From: Candidatus Scatovivens sp.
GTDB taxonomy: Bacteria; Bacillota; Clostridia; TANB77; CAG-508
Assembly: GCA_045646345.1 (NCBI GenBank)
Contig: JAZRKN010000015.1
Location: 230,346-294,345, forward strand
Length of the DNA: 64,000 nucleotides
Direction of reading: 5' to 3'
A program made the translations under genes and the position numbers. Shown in pieces: positions 18,648 through 27,884 of this stretch. Below the pieces are notes generated by a model, which did not search any database, was not told the origin of the DNA, and saw nothing but the letters and a program-made list of their open reading frames with translations. Each line of letters opens with the position of its first letter. Within the stretch, counting starts at the first letter, position 1.

Positions 18648-19883
18648 TTATAAAATTCCAACTTCTTCTGTAAATAATCTTTTGCATTCTTCTTTTGTAA
18701 TTTCTTGTTTCTTAAATTTATCATATAAATCTAGTAATGTTTGAGTTTCTATTATTAAAGCACCATTCCTTGTCGCTATTCTTAATTGATTTTCATGAAT
18801 TTTTTGTCTTTTGTCTAATGGAATTTTTCTTTGATGATTTATTATCAATACCCCTTTTACATTTTCTTCTTTTTTCTCAAGTTCTAATTTGTCCATATAT
18901 TCTTGAACATGATTATCTAATTGTGCTACATTCTTATTAGCTACTGATTGTGATATTCCTTTTATCTCTCCTATAAATGTTATATCATCTTTTTTTATTA
19001 AAAAGTCTTCTCTTCTTTCATCTATAAAAGTGCTAGAATCGTTATCTAGAAGTTCATCTAATATTTCTAATACAATTTTAACCAATTTATCTCCAGTAGA
19101 ATATAAAATACTTTTATATTCTAAATTTTTTCTCAATTTCTTTTCTAATACTTCATTTTCATTTTTTAAATCCTCTATTTTTTCTATATTTTTCTCTTTA
19201 GCAGCAATTAAAACCTCATCGTCAAAAAAATTAATATCTTCAATCCATTCTGGAATCTCTTCTTGTTCATTGGAATCAATACAAAATTCATTTATAAAAG
19301 CATTTAATTCTTCTATATTATTATTTATACCCAAAAAATCTAATGTCGTTAGAATTATAGTTTCTTTTTTTATTGTTGTTGGTTTTCCACTATTATTAGA
19401 TTGAGATAATATCTCATAATGGGCTAATGCAAAATCAGAAAAATAAAAATCAGCATTTATATTACAATCTTCAACTTTAGTAATAGTTTTTTCTGAACAT
19501 ATTCTAAAATACGATATATCTATAACATTTTCTGTAATAATTGAAAATAATGCATCTCTCATATTTTTAAGACTTTCTTTTCTCATAAATGTTACCCCAT
19601 CATTAGCAGAATAATAATTGTATGTTAAATTTTGAGGTAAAACAATTAATATTTTACATTTTTCACTCCTACTAATTGCTTCTTTGAGATTTCCTAAATC
19701 TTTCGCACAATTAAGACCCGTTTTAGTTGCTGCATTATATTTCCAAATATCTGATTTATTCAAATCAATTATGCATAATTCAAAATCATCTAAAGCTTGA
19801 AAATTATCAAAAGTAGAAATAACATATTTTCCTTTAGTTTCTTCTTCATATAATTTTTTATTAATTCCTATTATTTGTATCAT
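18648..19883 (-). CDS. Coiled-coil protein with C-terminal PD-(D/E)xK restriction-endonuclease-like domain
   Basis: REDFLIK...FIGEIKG...VAQL motif after a coiled-coil segment. Confidence 0.65.
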   Translation of the reverse strand: MIQIIGINKKLYEEETKGKYVISTFDNFQALDDFELCIIDLNKSDIWKYNAATKTGLNCAKDLGNLKEAISRSEKCKILIVLPQNLTYNYYSANDGVTFMRKESLKNMRDALFSIITENVIDISYFRICSEKTITKVEDCNINADFYFSDFALAHYEILSQSNNSGKPTTIKKETIILTTLDFLGINNNIEELNAFINEFCIDSNEQEEIPEWIEDINFFDDEVLIAAKEKNIEKIEDLKNENEVLEKKLRKNLEYKSILYSTGDKLVKIVLEILDELLDNDSSTFIDERREDFLIKKDDITFIGEIKGISQSVANKNVAQLDNHVQEYMDKLELEKKEENVKGVLIINHQRKIPLDKRQKIHENQLRIATRNGALIIETQTLLDLYDKFKKQEITKEECKRLFTEEVGIL

Positions 19884-19959
19884 AAAACCTCCATTTATTC
19901 ATTTGAATACAAGCCAATTATATTACGCTTTCCAAATTAATCAATACCAGTAAATCGTA

Positions 19960-20006
19960 AAAAACACAAAACGAGAAAACGTCTAATGACGTTTCCTCGT
20001 TTCTCT
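19960..20006 (-). terminator. Terminator-like hairpin in the leader of the 19883 operon (possible attenuator)
   Basis: AAACGAGGAAACGTC-ATTA-GACGTTTTCTCGTTT followed by TGTGTTTTTT, directly after the promoter. Confidence 0.55.
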
Positions 20007-20012
20007 GCAGTT

Positions 20013-20041
20013 AGTATATCATATTTAAAGCTTTAAAACAA
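20013..20041 (-). promoter_or_regulatory. Putative sigma-A promoter of the four-gene operon
   Basis: TTGTTT-17 bp-(TG.)TATACT. Confidence 0.55.
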
Positions 20042-20163
20042 GCTATTTACATATATTTCTTCTTTTTTCGACAGAATTTAAATTTATCTTTTTGCCGAAA
20101 CTATATCACCGCTTTTCACCACTTTTTATTGTATTTTTATATTTGTATGTATTATATTATCGA

Positions 20164-20258
20164 TGTACGAGCATTGTGCTTTATCATGATGACTCGTTTC
20201 TCTAGATGCCAGAAACTATATCAAATTATTACATATAGTTTCTGGCTTCTTTTATTTT
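20164..20258 (+). ncRNA. Putative ~95-nt two-hairpin small RNA
   Basis: TTGTAT-18-TATATT upstream (20129-20158); stem 20167-20197; 14-bp terminator stem 20208-20221/20233-20246 + T tract. Confidence 0.45.
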
Positions 20259-20304
20259 AATTTGTAACTTTATTGACATTTATTCATATACTATATCTAA
20301 TTAT

Positions 20305-20396
20305 TCTAATAAAAAAGAAAAGAGCTTTTGCTCTTTGCCATTAAGTTAGTTTTGGTTGAAGTTAGATGCGGTGCCGACTTCAATCTTTTCTTTTTC
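20305..20396 (+). ncRNA. Possible antisense RNA overlapping the 3' end of the 20310-20539 RNA
   Basis: TTGACA at 20273-20278 (weak -10 TCTAAT); terminator-like TTGAAGT...ACTTCAA + TCTTTTCTTTTT. Confidence 0.35.
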
Positions 20397-20539
20397 CATA
20401 GAAATTCTTGAATTCATATGTATTTACATCTATTGTCACCAAGATAGCAGATGCATCAATTAACAAATAACATTAATTCGCTATCTGCTAACTAATACAT
20501 CTGCCAAAAAGAAGATTACTACTTCAACAAAAATAACTT
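20310..20539 (-). ncRNA. Putative ~200-230-nt fold-back structured RNA of unknown family
   Basis: Consensus promoter upstream; 5' end pairs with 3' end over ~19 nt; nested internal stems; terminator AAAGAGC-AAAA-GCTCTTTTCTTTTTT. Confidence 0.6.
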
Positions 20540-20546
20540 GCAGTGG

Positions 20547-20575
20547 ATTATAATACTGCAAATTACATTTGTCAA
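20547..20575 (-). promoter_or_regulatory. Perfect-consensus sigma-A promoter with overlapping palindrome
   Basis: TTGACA-17 bp-TATAAT; TTGCAGT-N10-ACTGCAA inverted repeat spans the -10. Confidence 0.85.
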
Positions 20576-20597
20576 TATAATTTTTAATTTCAATAAA

Positions 20598-22721
20598 TTA
20601 TGATTTCATTGTATCAAAATGAATTTTGTCTCTCTGTTCAATTTTTTTCATAAGAAATTTTGCAGATTTCAAAATTTCATCTGGATTTCTTGAAGATGTA
20701 TGTGATAGTATATTACATACATTTAACAATGTTCCTAACCTCATCAAATCATTATTAGAAGGATTTTCACCACATAATCCCAATTTTACATTAGTTATAT
20801 TTCCATTTGTTGGTAAAGAGTTCTTCACTTTAAACTGTAAAAATTCCTCTAAAATTTTTCTCATAATATTAGGATAATGATATATCTCACAATCTGTCAA
20901 ATCACTCGCATCACTTTTCCTTGAAAATTCATAAATTTCTTTAAAATTATGTTTATATGGTGATTCATTTTTTGGAGCAGAAACTATTTTACTTCCATTA
21001 GAATCTTTTTTTATTTCTAATAATCTATATGGTGTATTATCTTTATCTTCTTTATTATAACAGATATCACAAAAATCTCCCCAAACATGTGTAAAAATAA
21101 ATATTTGAGCATTATTTATATCACACATTTTCTTAACTAATTCTAAAACATACATTCTATTTATATCATCCATACTAGCAATAGGATCATCAACTACAAG
21201 TAATTTAATAGAATTTTTAAATTTTTTTTGATCTTTATCTTCATATAATTCATAATAAAAATACAACAACGATAATAAGTTTTGTTCTCCTTCACTTATA
21301 TCTTCTAATTTTAAAATTTGATTTGTAGTTGCATGTTTAATAATATAATTGTCACCAGATAAATCTATTTTTAAATTAATTTCTAAATCTTTTAATACAT
21401 TTGTAATATGAACAGCAAAATCTTTTGTATTAGATTTGCTTTTTTTTAGTTCCTCTATTTGTAATTGATTTTCTTGATTTTTCTTTAAGATTTTTTCCAT
21501 TTCTTTAGTTTTTTCACCAACTATTTTCATATTTTCATTTATAAATGTATTATTTATTATCTCTAGGCCTATTGAACCTTTTATTAATTGGCTTAAATTA
21601 GAAATCATCAAATCTATTTGCAAAATTTTTCCAGCTTTAACAGATTGAATTTCCATAAATGAATCAAAAATAATATTAAATGCATTTTTCAAAAATTCAA
21701 AATCATATTTTATTTTATTTTCCATATGACTTAATTTATTTTCAACAAAATTTTCAAATTCAATTATAGCATCTTTAGATTCTTCTATTCTATTAACAGC
21801 ATTCTCACATTCAAAATTTTCAGTAATGTTATCTTTATTTTTTAATAATTCCATTATTTGATAATTAAATAGCTTAATTTTTATATATATTTCATTTAAT
21901 AATTTCGACTTTTTTTGTTTTTCATTTCTATTATATTGTTCTAAATCAAATTTTATTTTATCTAAATTTATTTCATTTCCGCAAAACCAGCATTTTGAGC
22001 CTTTTTCATGTATATTGATGCCTTGTTCTATCCATTGAACAACAAGTGAACTTGGTACTTTTACATCTTCAAATATTTCATTAAAAATATTTTCAACTAC
22101 CTTTAGTTCCTCTTCTTCAAAAAATGTTAATTCTGGTATACTTGTTCTTTCCATTTTGAGTTTTTTTCTTTGTAAAGAAAAATCTCCTTTTATGTTTCTT
22201 AGTATATCTTCCTTATCTTCAATTTTCTTTGCATTATCTAAATCTTCTAAATATAATCTTATAACCTCTCCAACTGATTTAGTTGATGATTTTTTCTGGA
22301 TATTAATACCACCCTTCTTTAAATCATGAATACGGTCAATTTCAGTTCTTATACTTTTATTTAAAGATTTAATTTCGTTTTTCAAACTTGTTGTATCTAC
22401 TATCTGTGAACTTAATTCAACGATCCTTTTTTCTATATCAACATCTTTTTCTCCAAAATTAGCTATAACACCTTTTATTTTCGGACTAGAACTTTCTTTT
22501 AAATCTAAATTTCTATTTATAAAACTACGATTAAAAAATCTAAAGTTGTCATTAGTATTTGATGACTCTTTTAAAAATTCTTGTATAATTCCACTTGCTA
22601 ACGAAGATTTTCCTCTGCCATTGTATCCAAAAATTATATTTTTTTGTTTAAATTGTGGATTTGGCCCAGTATAATTTTTAAAAGACTTTTCTGTTAAATT
22701 ATTTACTTTTTCTATTATCAT
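20598..22721 (-). CDS. RloC-like (AAA_13) SMC/Rad50-type ABC ATPase with zinc hook and C-terminal HEPN-like domain
   Basis: Walker A GYNGRGKSS, hook CWFCG, signature ISEGEQN, Walker B/D-loop VVDDPIASMD, FTH, PNIMRKILEEFL...NILSH. Confidence 0.85.
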   Translation of the reverse strand: MIIEKVNNLTEKSFKNYTGPNPQFKQKNIIFGYNGRGKSSLASGIIQEFLKESSNTNDNFRFFNRSFINRNLDLKESSSPKIKGVIANFGEKDVDIEKRIVELSSQIVDTTSLKNEIKSLNKSIRTEIDRIHDLKKGGINIQKKSSTKSVGEVIRLYLEDLDNAKKIEDKEDILRNIKGDFSLQRKKLKMERTSIPELTFFEEEELKVVENIFNEIFEDVKVPSSLVVQWIEQGINIHEKGSKCWFCGNEINLDKIKFDLEQYNRNEKQKKSKLLNEIYIKIKLFNYQIMELLKNKDNITENFECENAVNRIEESKDAIIEFENFVENKLSHMENKIKYDFEFLKNAFNIIFDSFMEIQSVKAGKILQIDLMISNLSQLIKGSIGLEIINNTFINENMKIVGEKTKEMEKILKKNQENQLQIEELKKSKSNTKDFAVHITNVLKDLEINLKIDLSGDNYIIKHATTNQILKLEDISEGEQNLLSLLYFYYELYEDKDQKKFKNSIKLLVVDDPIASMDDINRMYVLELVKKMCDINNAQIFIFTHVWGDFCDICYNKEDKDNTPYRLLEIKKDSNGSKIVSAPKNESPYKHNFKEIYEFSRKSDASDLTDCEIYHYPNIMRKILEEFLQFKVKNSLPTNGNITNVKLGLCGENPSNNDLMRLGTLLNVCNILSHTSSRNPDEILKSAKFLMKKIEQRDKIHFDTMKS

Positions 22722-22961
22722 ATTATCACTCCATTTCCAATAATATAAAATTATTTAGTTTTCCCATTAAACATTTCAAAAATATTATACTATCCTATTT
22801 TTTAAATTTCTAGTTTTCTTATAAAACATTCATTTATTCAATTTTTATATTCCTTGTATTCATTGCTATGACTGTTTTTTGCCACTTTTCCATATCTTCA
22901 AAATTTCTAGATAAAAAACAAAACCTAGCACAATCTTTTGACTATGCTAAGTTTTTCTTTC

Positions 22962-24035
22962 TTATTCAACTTCCATTACTTTATCTATTTTATCAAACCA
23001 TTTATCAAATTTCTTAATTTTAAAAATTGGTTCTTCTATAATTTTAACTCTAATTAATTCTATTAATGTACCTATTAAATAAATAGCAATTACAGATCCA
23101 ATAATATGTAATATTAATATATATGGTTCTGCATTATAGAAACTTTCTACTTCAAATATTTTTTTCCAAAAAGCTTCTCTGAAATAAGAATCATGAAATA
23201 GATATACACCAAAACTTGTTTTTCCTAATAAGTTTATAAATTTATTATTTGAAACATCCAAATTTTCAAATAATAAAAACATAAATATAGATATAAAAAA
23301 TGGAATTAGATAATTCATTTCTATAACTTGATAAATTCTTGAAAATTGTTTTGAATCCGTTTGACTAATATATGTAATACCACAAACTACTATGGCATAA
23401 ACAATATATAATCCTATCACCCACCATTTTAAAGTAGATTTTTTTATTTTATTTATTCCATATAATTGTATGTATGCCCCAAGCATATACAGGAAAATAA
23501 ACCATTGTAAATTTCCCATAAACTTAGTAATTGATGTTATTGTTGGTATTACGCAAAATAAAATAAATAAGATTATGAATAACACCTGAAGATTTTTCTG
23601 AGAAACACTTTTAATAAATTTATTTATAAAAGGACTTAATATATATAATCCTATATATGTTGTTATAAACCAATATGTTCCATAAGTTATTGGAAAAAAC
23701 GTATATTTTATAATTTGTTTGCTTATATCGTTTTTTATAAAAACATAAATCAAACATAATGGAATTGTATAAGAGAATACTTGAAAAATTAATTTCAAAA
23801 CTTTTTTCATTTTAAATTTAGAATTAATTAAAAAATATCCACTTATTAATACAAATAAATTTACACCTATTTTTCCACTCAAAAAACATAAACTTCCTAT
23901 ATATTTGTTTACAGAAAAGCTTTGAATTGTTAATAGTCCTCCATGTAATGAATAATGATGTAATATAATTAATGCCATAGCTATTATTCTTAACAGTTCA
24001 AAATTTGATTTTCTTTCTATACATATCTTTTTCAC
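22962..24035 (-). CDS. Acyltransferase family 3 (O-acyltransferase)
   Basis: RKSNFELLRIIAM...HH, VNLFVLISGYF, SFGVYLFH. Confidence 0.93.
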   Translation of the reverse strand: MKKICIERKSNFELLRIIAMALIILHHYSLHGGLLTIQSFSVNKYIGSLCFLSGKIGVNLFVLISGYFLINSKFKMKKVLKLIFQVFSYTIPLCLIYVFIKNDISKQIIKYTFFPITYGTYWFITTYIGLYILSPFINKFIKSVSQKNLQVLFIILFILFCVIPTITSITKFMGNLQWFIFLYMLGAYIQLYGINKIKKSTLKWWVIGLYIVYAIVVCGITYISQTDSKQFSRIYQVIEMNYLIPFFISIFMFLLFENLDVSNNKFINLLGKTSFGVYLFHDSYFREAFWKKIFEVESFYNAEPYILILHIIGSVIAIYLIGTLIELIRVKIIEEPIFKIKKFDKWFDKIDKVMEVE

Positions 24036-24134
24036 TTCATATCACACTCATTTTATAATTTTATTTTTAGAAAAAATATTCATTTTACAAAAAAGAACAT
24101 TATCTTTACTTTTAAGTTCTCTTTTGTATTTATA

Positions 24135-25280
24135 TTAACTTCTCTTTAAAATCTTCTTCGCAATTCTCTTGCATTTTCTCAATAATTTTCTAACCAAACT
24201 AACCTTCAAGCACTTATTGATATTCTCAATAATAGGCATTTTATCTAAATTTTCAAAGAATAATTGTCTATTTTTATGCGGTAGTAAATTCCCATGATGA
24301 TTATATGAAAAAGCATTCTCTTTATCTACTGCTTTAAATTCTATATAATCATTAACTTCTTCAAAAATATCTTTAGCTTTTTGAGAATTTACAGTTAATA
24401 AAGAAATTCCTGTGTTATCATCTATAACTTCCGGCATTACTTTATCTATTCCCCAAAAATCACCAATAGTGAAATCAGTTACCCTATTAGTTGTAGAAAA
24501 TTTACAATCATGGCAAGATGGTCTGTCAAACAATTCTCCTACAAATGCATTGTAAAATGATTTTTCTTCCATTTTACTTCCATCTTCAAAATATATAATT
24601 GGAACAGAATTTTTCCAACCATTTGATTTATCTCTAAAATTAACTCTCAAAATTTTTTTATTTTCTTTTTCTTCAAGTTCTTTTATATATTTATCAAAAA
24701 CTTTTTGAGATGGATTAGCATGACAAATAATATCACATACAATTAGTCTTTCATATTCTTTACCTAAATATGTTTTTAAAGCATCACATTGACAAGGTGT
24801 TCCTGTGAATAACACAAATCTGTCTTGTTTTAAAAATTCTTTTACTTTTTCATAAGAATTTCCAATATCACTTCTAACATATTTTGAACCTTGAAAATTT
24901 TTGCAGCCTTCTAAAGTTTCATAATAGTTATGTTGTACTTTGTGATTTTTACCATATTCTACCCCGAATACAACTCCATTTTTTTCTATAACATATTTAG
25001 CTAATATATAAAACATTCCACCAGATGCACTATTATCTAGTTGTTTTTTATTTTTATTGATAGCCATATAGGCTTGTTCATTTCCTTTAGAATCATTGTA
25101 ATTACTACAAATATTTTTACATTTGCCGCAATTTATACACTTTTCTTCATCAATTTGAGGATAATAAAATCCTTCATTATCTTCTATCATTTTTATTGCA
25201 CTAGTTGGACATCCTATTGTACAAATCCCACAACCATTACAATCTTTTTTATTTTTCGTTTCCAAATATAAATTCTTCAT
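24135..25280 (-). CDS. 4Fe-4S / coenzyme F420 hydrogenase beta-subunit-like oxidoreductase (polysaccharide-locus type)
   Basis: Two ferredoxin CxxCxxCxxxC motifs, SASGG, GSKYVRS, GTPCQ, RPSCHDC, DFTIGDFWG. Confidence 0.92.
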   Translation of the reverse strand: MKNLYLETKNKKDCNGCGICTIGCPTSAIKMIEDNEGFYYPQIDEEKCINCGKCKNICSNYNDSKGNEQAYMAINKNKKQLDNSASGGMFYILAKYVIEKNGVVFGVEYGKNHKVQHNYYETLEGCKNFQGSKYVRSDIGNSYEKVKEFLKQDRFVLFTGTPCQCDALKTYLGKEYERLIVCDIICHANPSQKVFDKYIKELEEKENKKILRVNFRDKSNGWKNSVPIIYFEDGSKMEEKSFYNAFVGELFDRPSCHDCKFSTTNRVTDFTIGDFWGIDKVMPEVIDDNTGISLLTVNSQKAKDIFEEVNDYIEFKAVDKENAFSYNHHGNLLPHKNRQLFFENLDKMPIIENINKCLKVSLVRKLLRKCKRIAKKILKRS

Positions 25281-25293
25281 CAACTCACCCAAT

Positions 25294-26814
25294 TTATTTC
25301 TTTATAATTCTTTTAATAATAGCAATAGTTCCTGCCATTTCATCTGATTTTCTATACGTTAAAATCCATATTAAATTGCTAACTCCAACACAGATTATTC
25401 CTCTAATAATCAACGATATTATACTACATCTCGTTATAATATTACAAATCATATAACTTAATAATACACTTATAAAAACCGTAATTGTATATTTTAAAAG
25501 TTGAATAACATATTTTTTTGCACTCCTATTAAATAACTCTGTAAATAAATTATGTATTAACCATGGCATTCCTATAAATAACATTGTTAGTACCGTTGAT
25601 AATATTACTCCATAAATTCCTATAAAGTTTACAAGTGTTAAATTTAAAATCAAATTTGAAAGCGCTGTAACTAATGGTCTAAATCTATCTTTATGCCATA
25701 TTCCTGCTGAATCTTTATATGAATTTAATAAATAATTTATTTCATATATATAGTAATATACACATAATAAAATCACACAAGATAATGGTAGTAATAATTC
25801 TTTTCCAACCCACCACTCCATAAATGGTTGAAATAAAGATAACATGCAAGTTGTACATATTCCAGCTATCCAAATTATAATAAAAGAAAATTTCTTTAAA
25901 TCATTATAATTTTTTTCTTCTGTTTCAACTACTAAACTATTTCCAATACCAGCTGTACATGCTGAAAAAATAACACTTACTATACCTATAAGCGCTGTAA
26001 TTATATAATAATAATTTTGATATACCGCTAAAACTGTTAATCCCAAAAATGCTGATATAACAACCGTATCTGCAGAATTTATTATTATTCCTCCAATTTT
26101 TGCAGTAAATAAATCTTTTACCCTTTGATTTATATCTTTTACTACTAAATCATCAAGTTTACCTTCAGGTTTATATTTGGGATATAGTTTATCTACAACC
26201 ATCGCTGTAGTAACATTAATTAAGACTTGTCCTAATAATGTTATAATTAAATAAACATAATAGTCTTTCAAAAAGAATAATACAAAAAATTGAGCAACAT
26301 ATCTTAATGTATACACACACATTGTTATTTTACTTGTAATATCATTTCTTTGATGCGCTTGTAACAAACAGTTTTTATATGCAAATAACCAATATGATAA
26401 TACTGTAGCAAATAAATTCATTAAATACAGTATATAAACATTTAATCCTTCTGGTAAATCGCTTTTAATCAAATTTGGAATAAAAGGACAAAGTATTATT
26501 CCAACAACTAAAATAACAATTCCTATTACTCTATAATAAACTTTATATAATTTCATCAAAGCACAAATTGTTACTGAATCGTCTTCTGCTATAGGTTTAT
26601 ACATACTAAACACCATAGCACTTCCAACTCCAAGTTCTGCTAAATTTAAAATTTGTAATATTGATACAAATAAACTATCTAGTCCTAGATAGTTTACTCC
26701 TAAGCAATATATTAAAGCAGTTCTCATTAAGAATGGGACTATAATTTGATATATTTTTAGTAACATTCCAAATACAATATTTTTAGCTGCGTTTTTAGTT
26801 CTTTCTATTTTCAT
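25294..26814 (-). CDS. wzx: Polysaccharide flippase (Wzx/MATE-like)
   Basis: RTKNAAKN..., LAELGVGSAMVFSMYKP; ~12-14 TM. Confidence 0.9.
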   Translation of the reverse strand: MKIERTKNAAKNIVFGMLLKIYQIIVPFLMRTALIYCLGVNYLGLDSLFVSILQILNLAELGVGSAMVFSMYKPIAEDDSVTICALMKLYKVYYRVIGIVILVVGIILCPFIPNLIKSDLPEGLNVYILYLMNLFATVLSYWLFAYKNCLLQAHQRNDITSKITMCVYTLRYVAQFFVLFFLKDYYVYLIITLLGQVLINVTTAMVVDKLYPKYKPEGKLDDLVVKDINQRVKDLFTAKIGGIIINSADTVVISAFLGLTVLAVYQNYYYIITALIGIVSVIFSACTAGIGNSLVVETEEKNYNDLKKFSFIIIWIAGICTTCMLSLFQPFMEWWVGKELLLPLSCVILLCVYYYIYEINYLLNSYKDSAGIWHKDRFRPLVTALSNLILNLTLVNFIGIYGVILSTVLTMLFIGMPWLIHNLFTELFNRSAKKYVIQLLKYTITVFISVLLSYMICNIITRCSIISLIIRGIICVGVSNLIWILTYRKSDEMAGTIAIIKRIIKK

Positions 26815-26822
26815 TTCTGCTC

Positions 26823-27884
26823 CTATTTATCATTTAAACACTTTTCTAAAAATCTATTTGATTTTTCCTTTTCTTTTTCTAAAATTTTATATGCTTCTGT
26901 GTAATCGTGTTCTAAATTTTCTTTTGTAATATTTCCTTCAAATCTTCTATTTTTTAAGTTGAATTTGTTAATTAACGTTTCTATTCTTGAATTCATTTTT
27001 ACTTCTTTATCTTCTCTATCAAATACAATAAATGGCCTATTATATAAAATAGCAAACACACTAGAGTGAAAAGAATCTGTACAAATTAAAAAAGCATTTT
27101 TTTCTAAATATAAAAATCCACTTGGTCCAGTTTGATAGAATGAACTTTGTTTATCTAAAATATTTATAACTTCACAGTTATTTTCTTTTGCAATTCTATT
27201 AATTTCATTTTTTCGTTCTTCTGATAGTTCACCTAAAAAATAATTTAATATGTATTTATCAGTTTTTAATTGTTTTGGTTTTTTTGCTACCTTATCCCAT
27301 TCATCAGCACTTAACAACATTGTTGGATCAACTAAAACTTCAACATCAGTTCTACCTGTTAATTCTTCTATAATTTCTTTTCCTCTATCTTCACGAACAG
27401 AAATATTATTTAATCCATTTAATCTTTCTTTATAATATCCTTTCATATCTTCTGGAATTTCACTTATACCAAAACTTGCTGAAAATGAATTTCTTTTTTT
27501 ATTATCTGCAAATGTTAAAAAATCTATATCTGTCATTTTTCTAGTAAAAGTTGGATTCCAAACCTGATCACTTCCTGTAAAAAACAAATCATATTCATCT
27601 GATAGGTTATTTGGTATATTGCTTTCATCAATATAATATTTTGAATATTTTATATTTTTATTAAATTTCATAAATAAATTGTATCTTTGATATTTTTTAA
27701 AAAAACTTTTTATTAATTTACCAATTTTTCTTTTTAAAACTCTATTTCCAACAATACCTTTCTGATTATGTATTGTTTCTGTTTTTTGGTTATTTTTTTC
27801 ACAAAATTTTTGAACAGCATAGTTTTGTAATCTATTTCCATAATTCCCATCATCATTTATTGTTAATATTCCTATTTTTTTCAT
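26823..27884 (-). CDS. Polysaccharide pyruvyl transferase family protein
   Basis: NYGNRLQNYA, GSDQVWNP, ISVRE, DPTMLL, TDSFH. Confidence 0.93.
   Translation of the reverse strand: MKKIGILTINDDGNYGNRLQNYAVQKFCEKNNQKTETIHNQKGIVGNRVLKRKIGKLIKSFFKKYQRYNLFMKFNKNIKYSKYYIDESNIPNNLSDEYDLFFTGSDQVWNPTFTRKMTDIDFLTFADNKKRNSFSASFGISEIPEDMKGYYKERLNGLNNISVREDRGKEIIEELTGRTDVEVLVDPTMLLSADEWDKVAKKPKQLKTDKYILNYFLGELSEERKNEINRIAKENNCEVINILDKQSSFYQTGPSGFLYLEKNAFLICTDSFHSSVFAILYNRPFIVFDREDKEVKMNSRIETLINKFNLKNRRFEGNITKENLEHDYTEAYKILEKEKEKSNRFLEKCLNDK

Noticed and set aside
20365-20385. AAGTCGGCACCG resembles the 3' part of a Cas9 tracrRNA
   Set aside because: Very short match; no cas genes, anti-repeat or CRISPR array in the window
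20343-20539. Retron msr-msd interpretation (terminal inverted repeats enclosing hairpins, next to an ATPase)
   Set aside because: No reverse transcriptase (no YADD/VTG-type motifs) in any ORF in the window
24135-25280. F420-reducing hydrogenase or methanogen-like metabolism
   Set aside because: No other hydrogenase subunits; this subfamily is typical of polysaccharide loci
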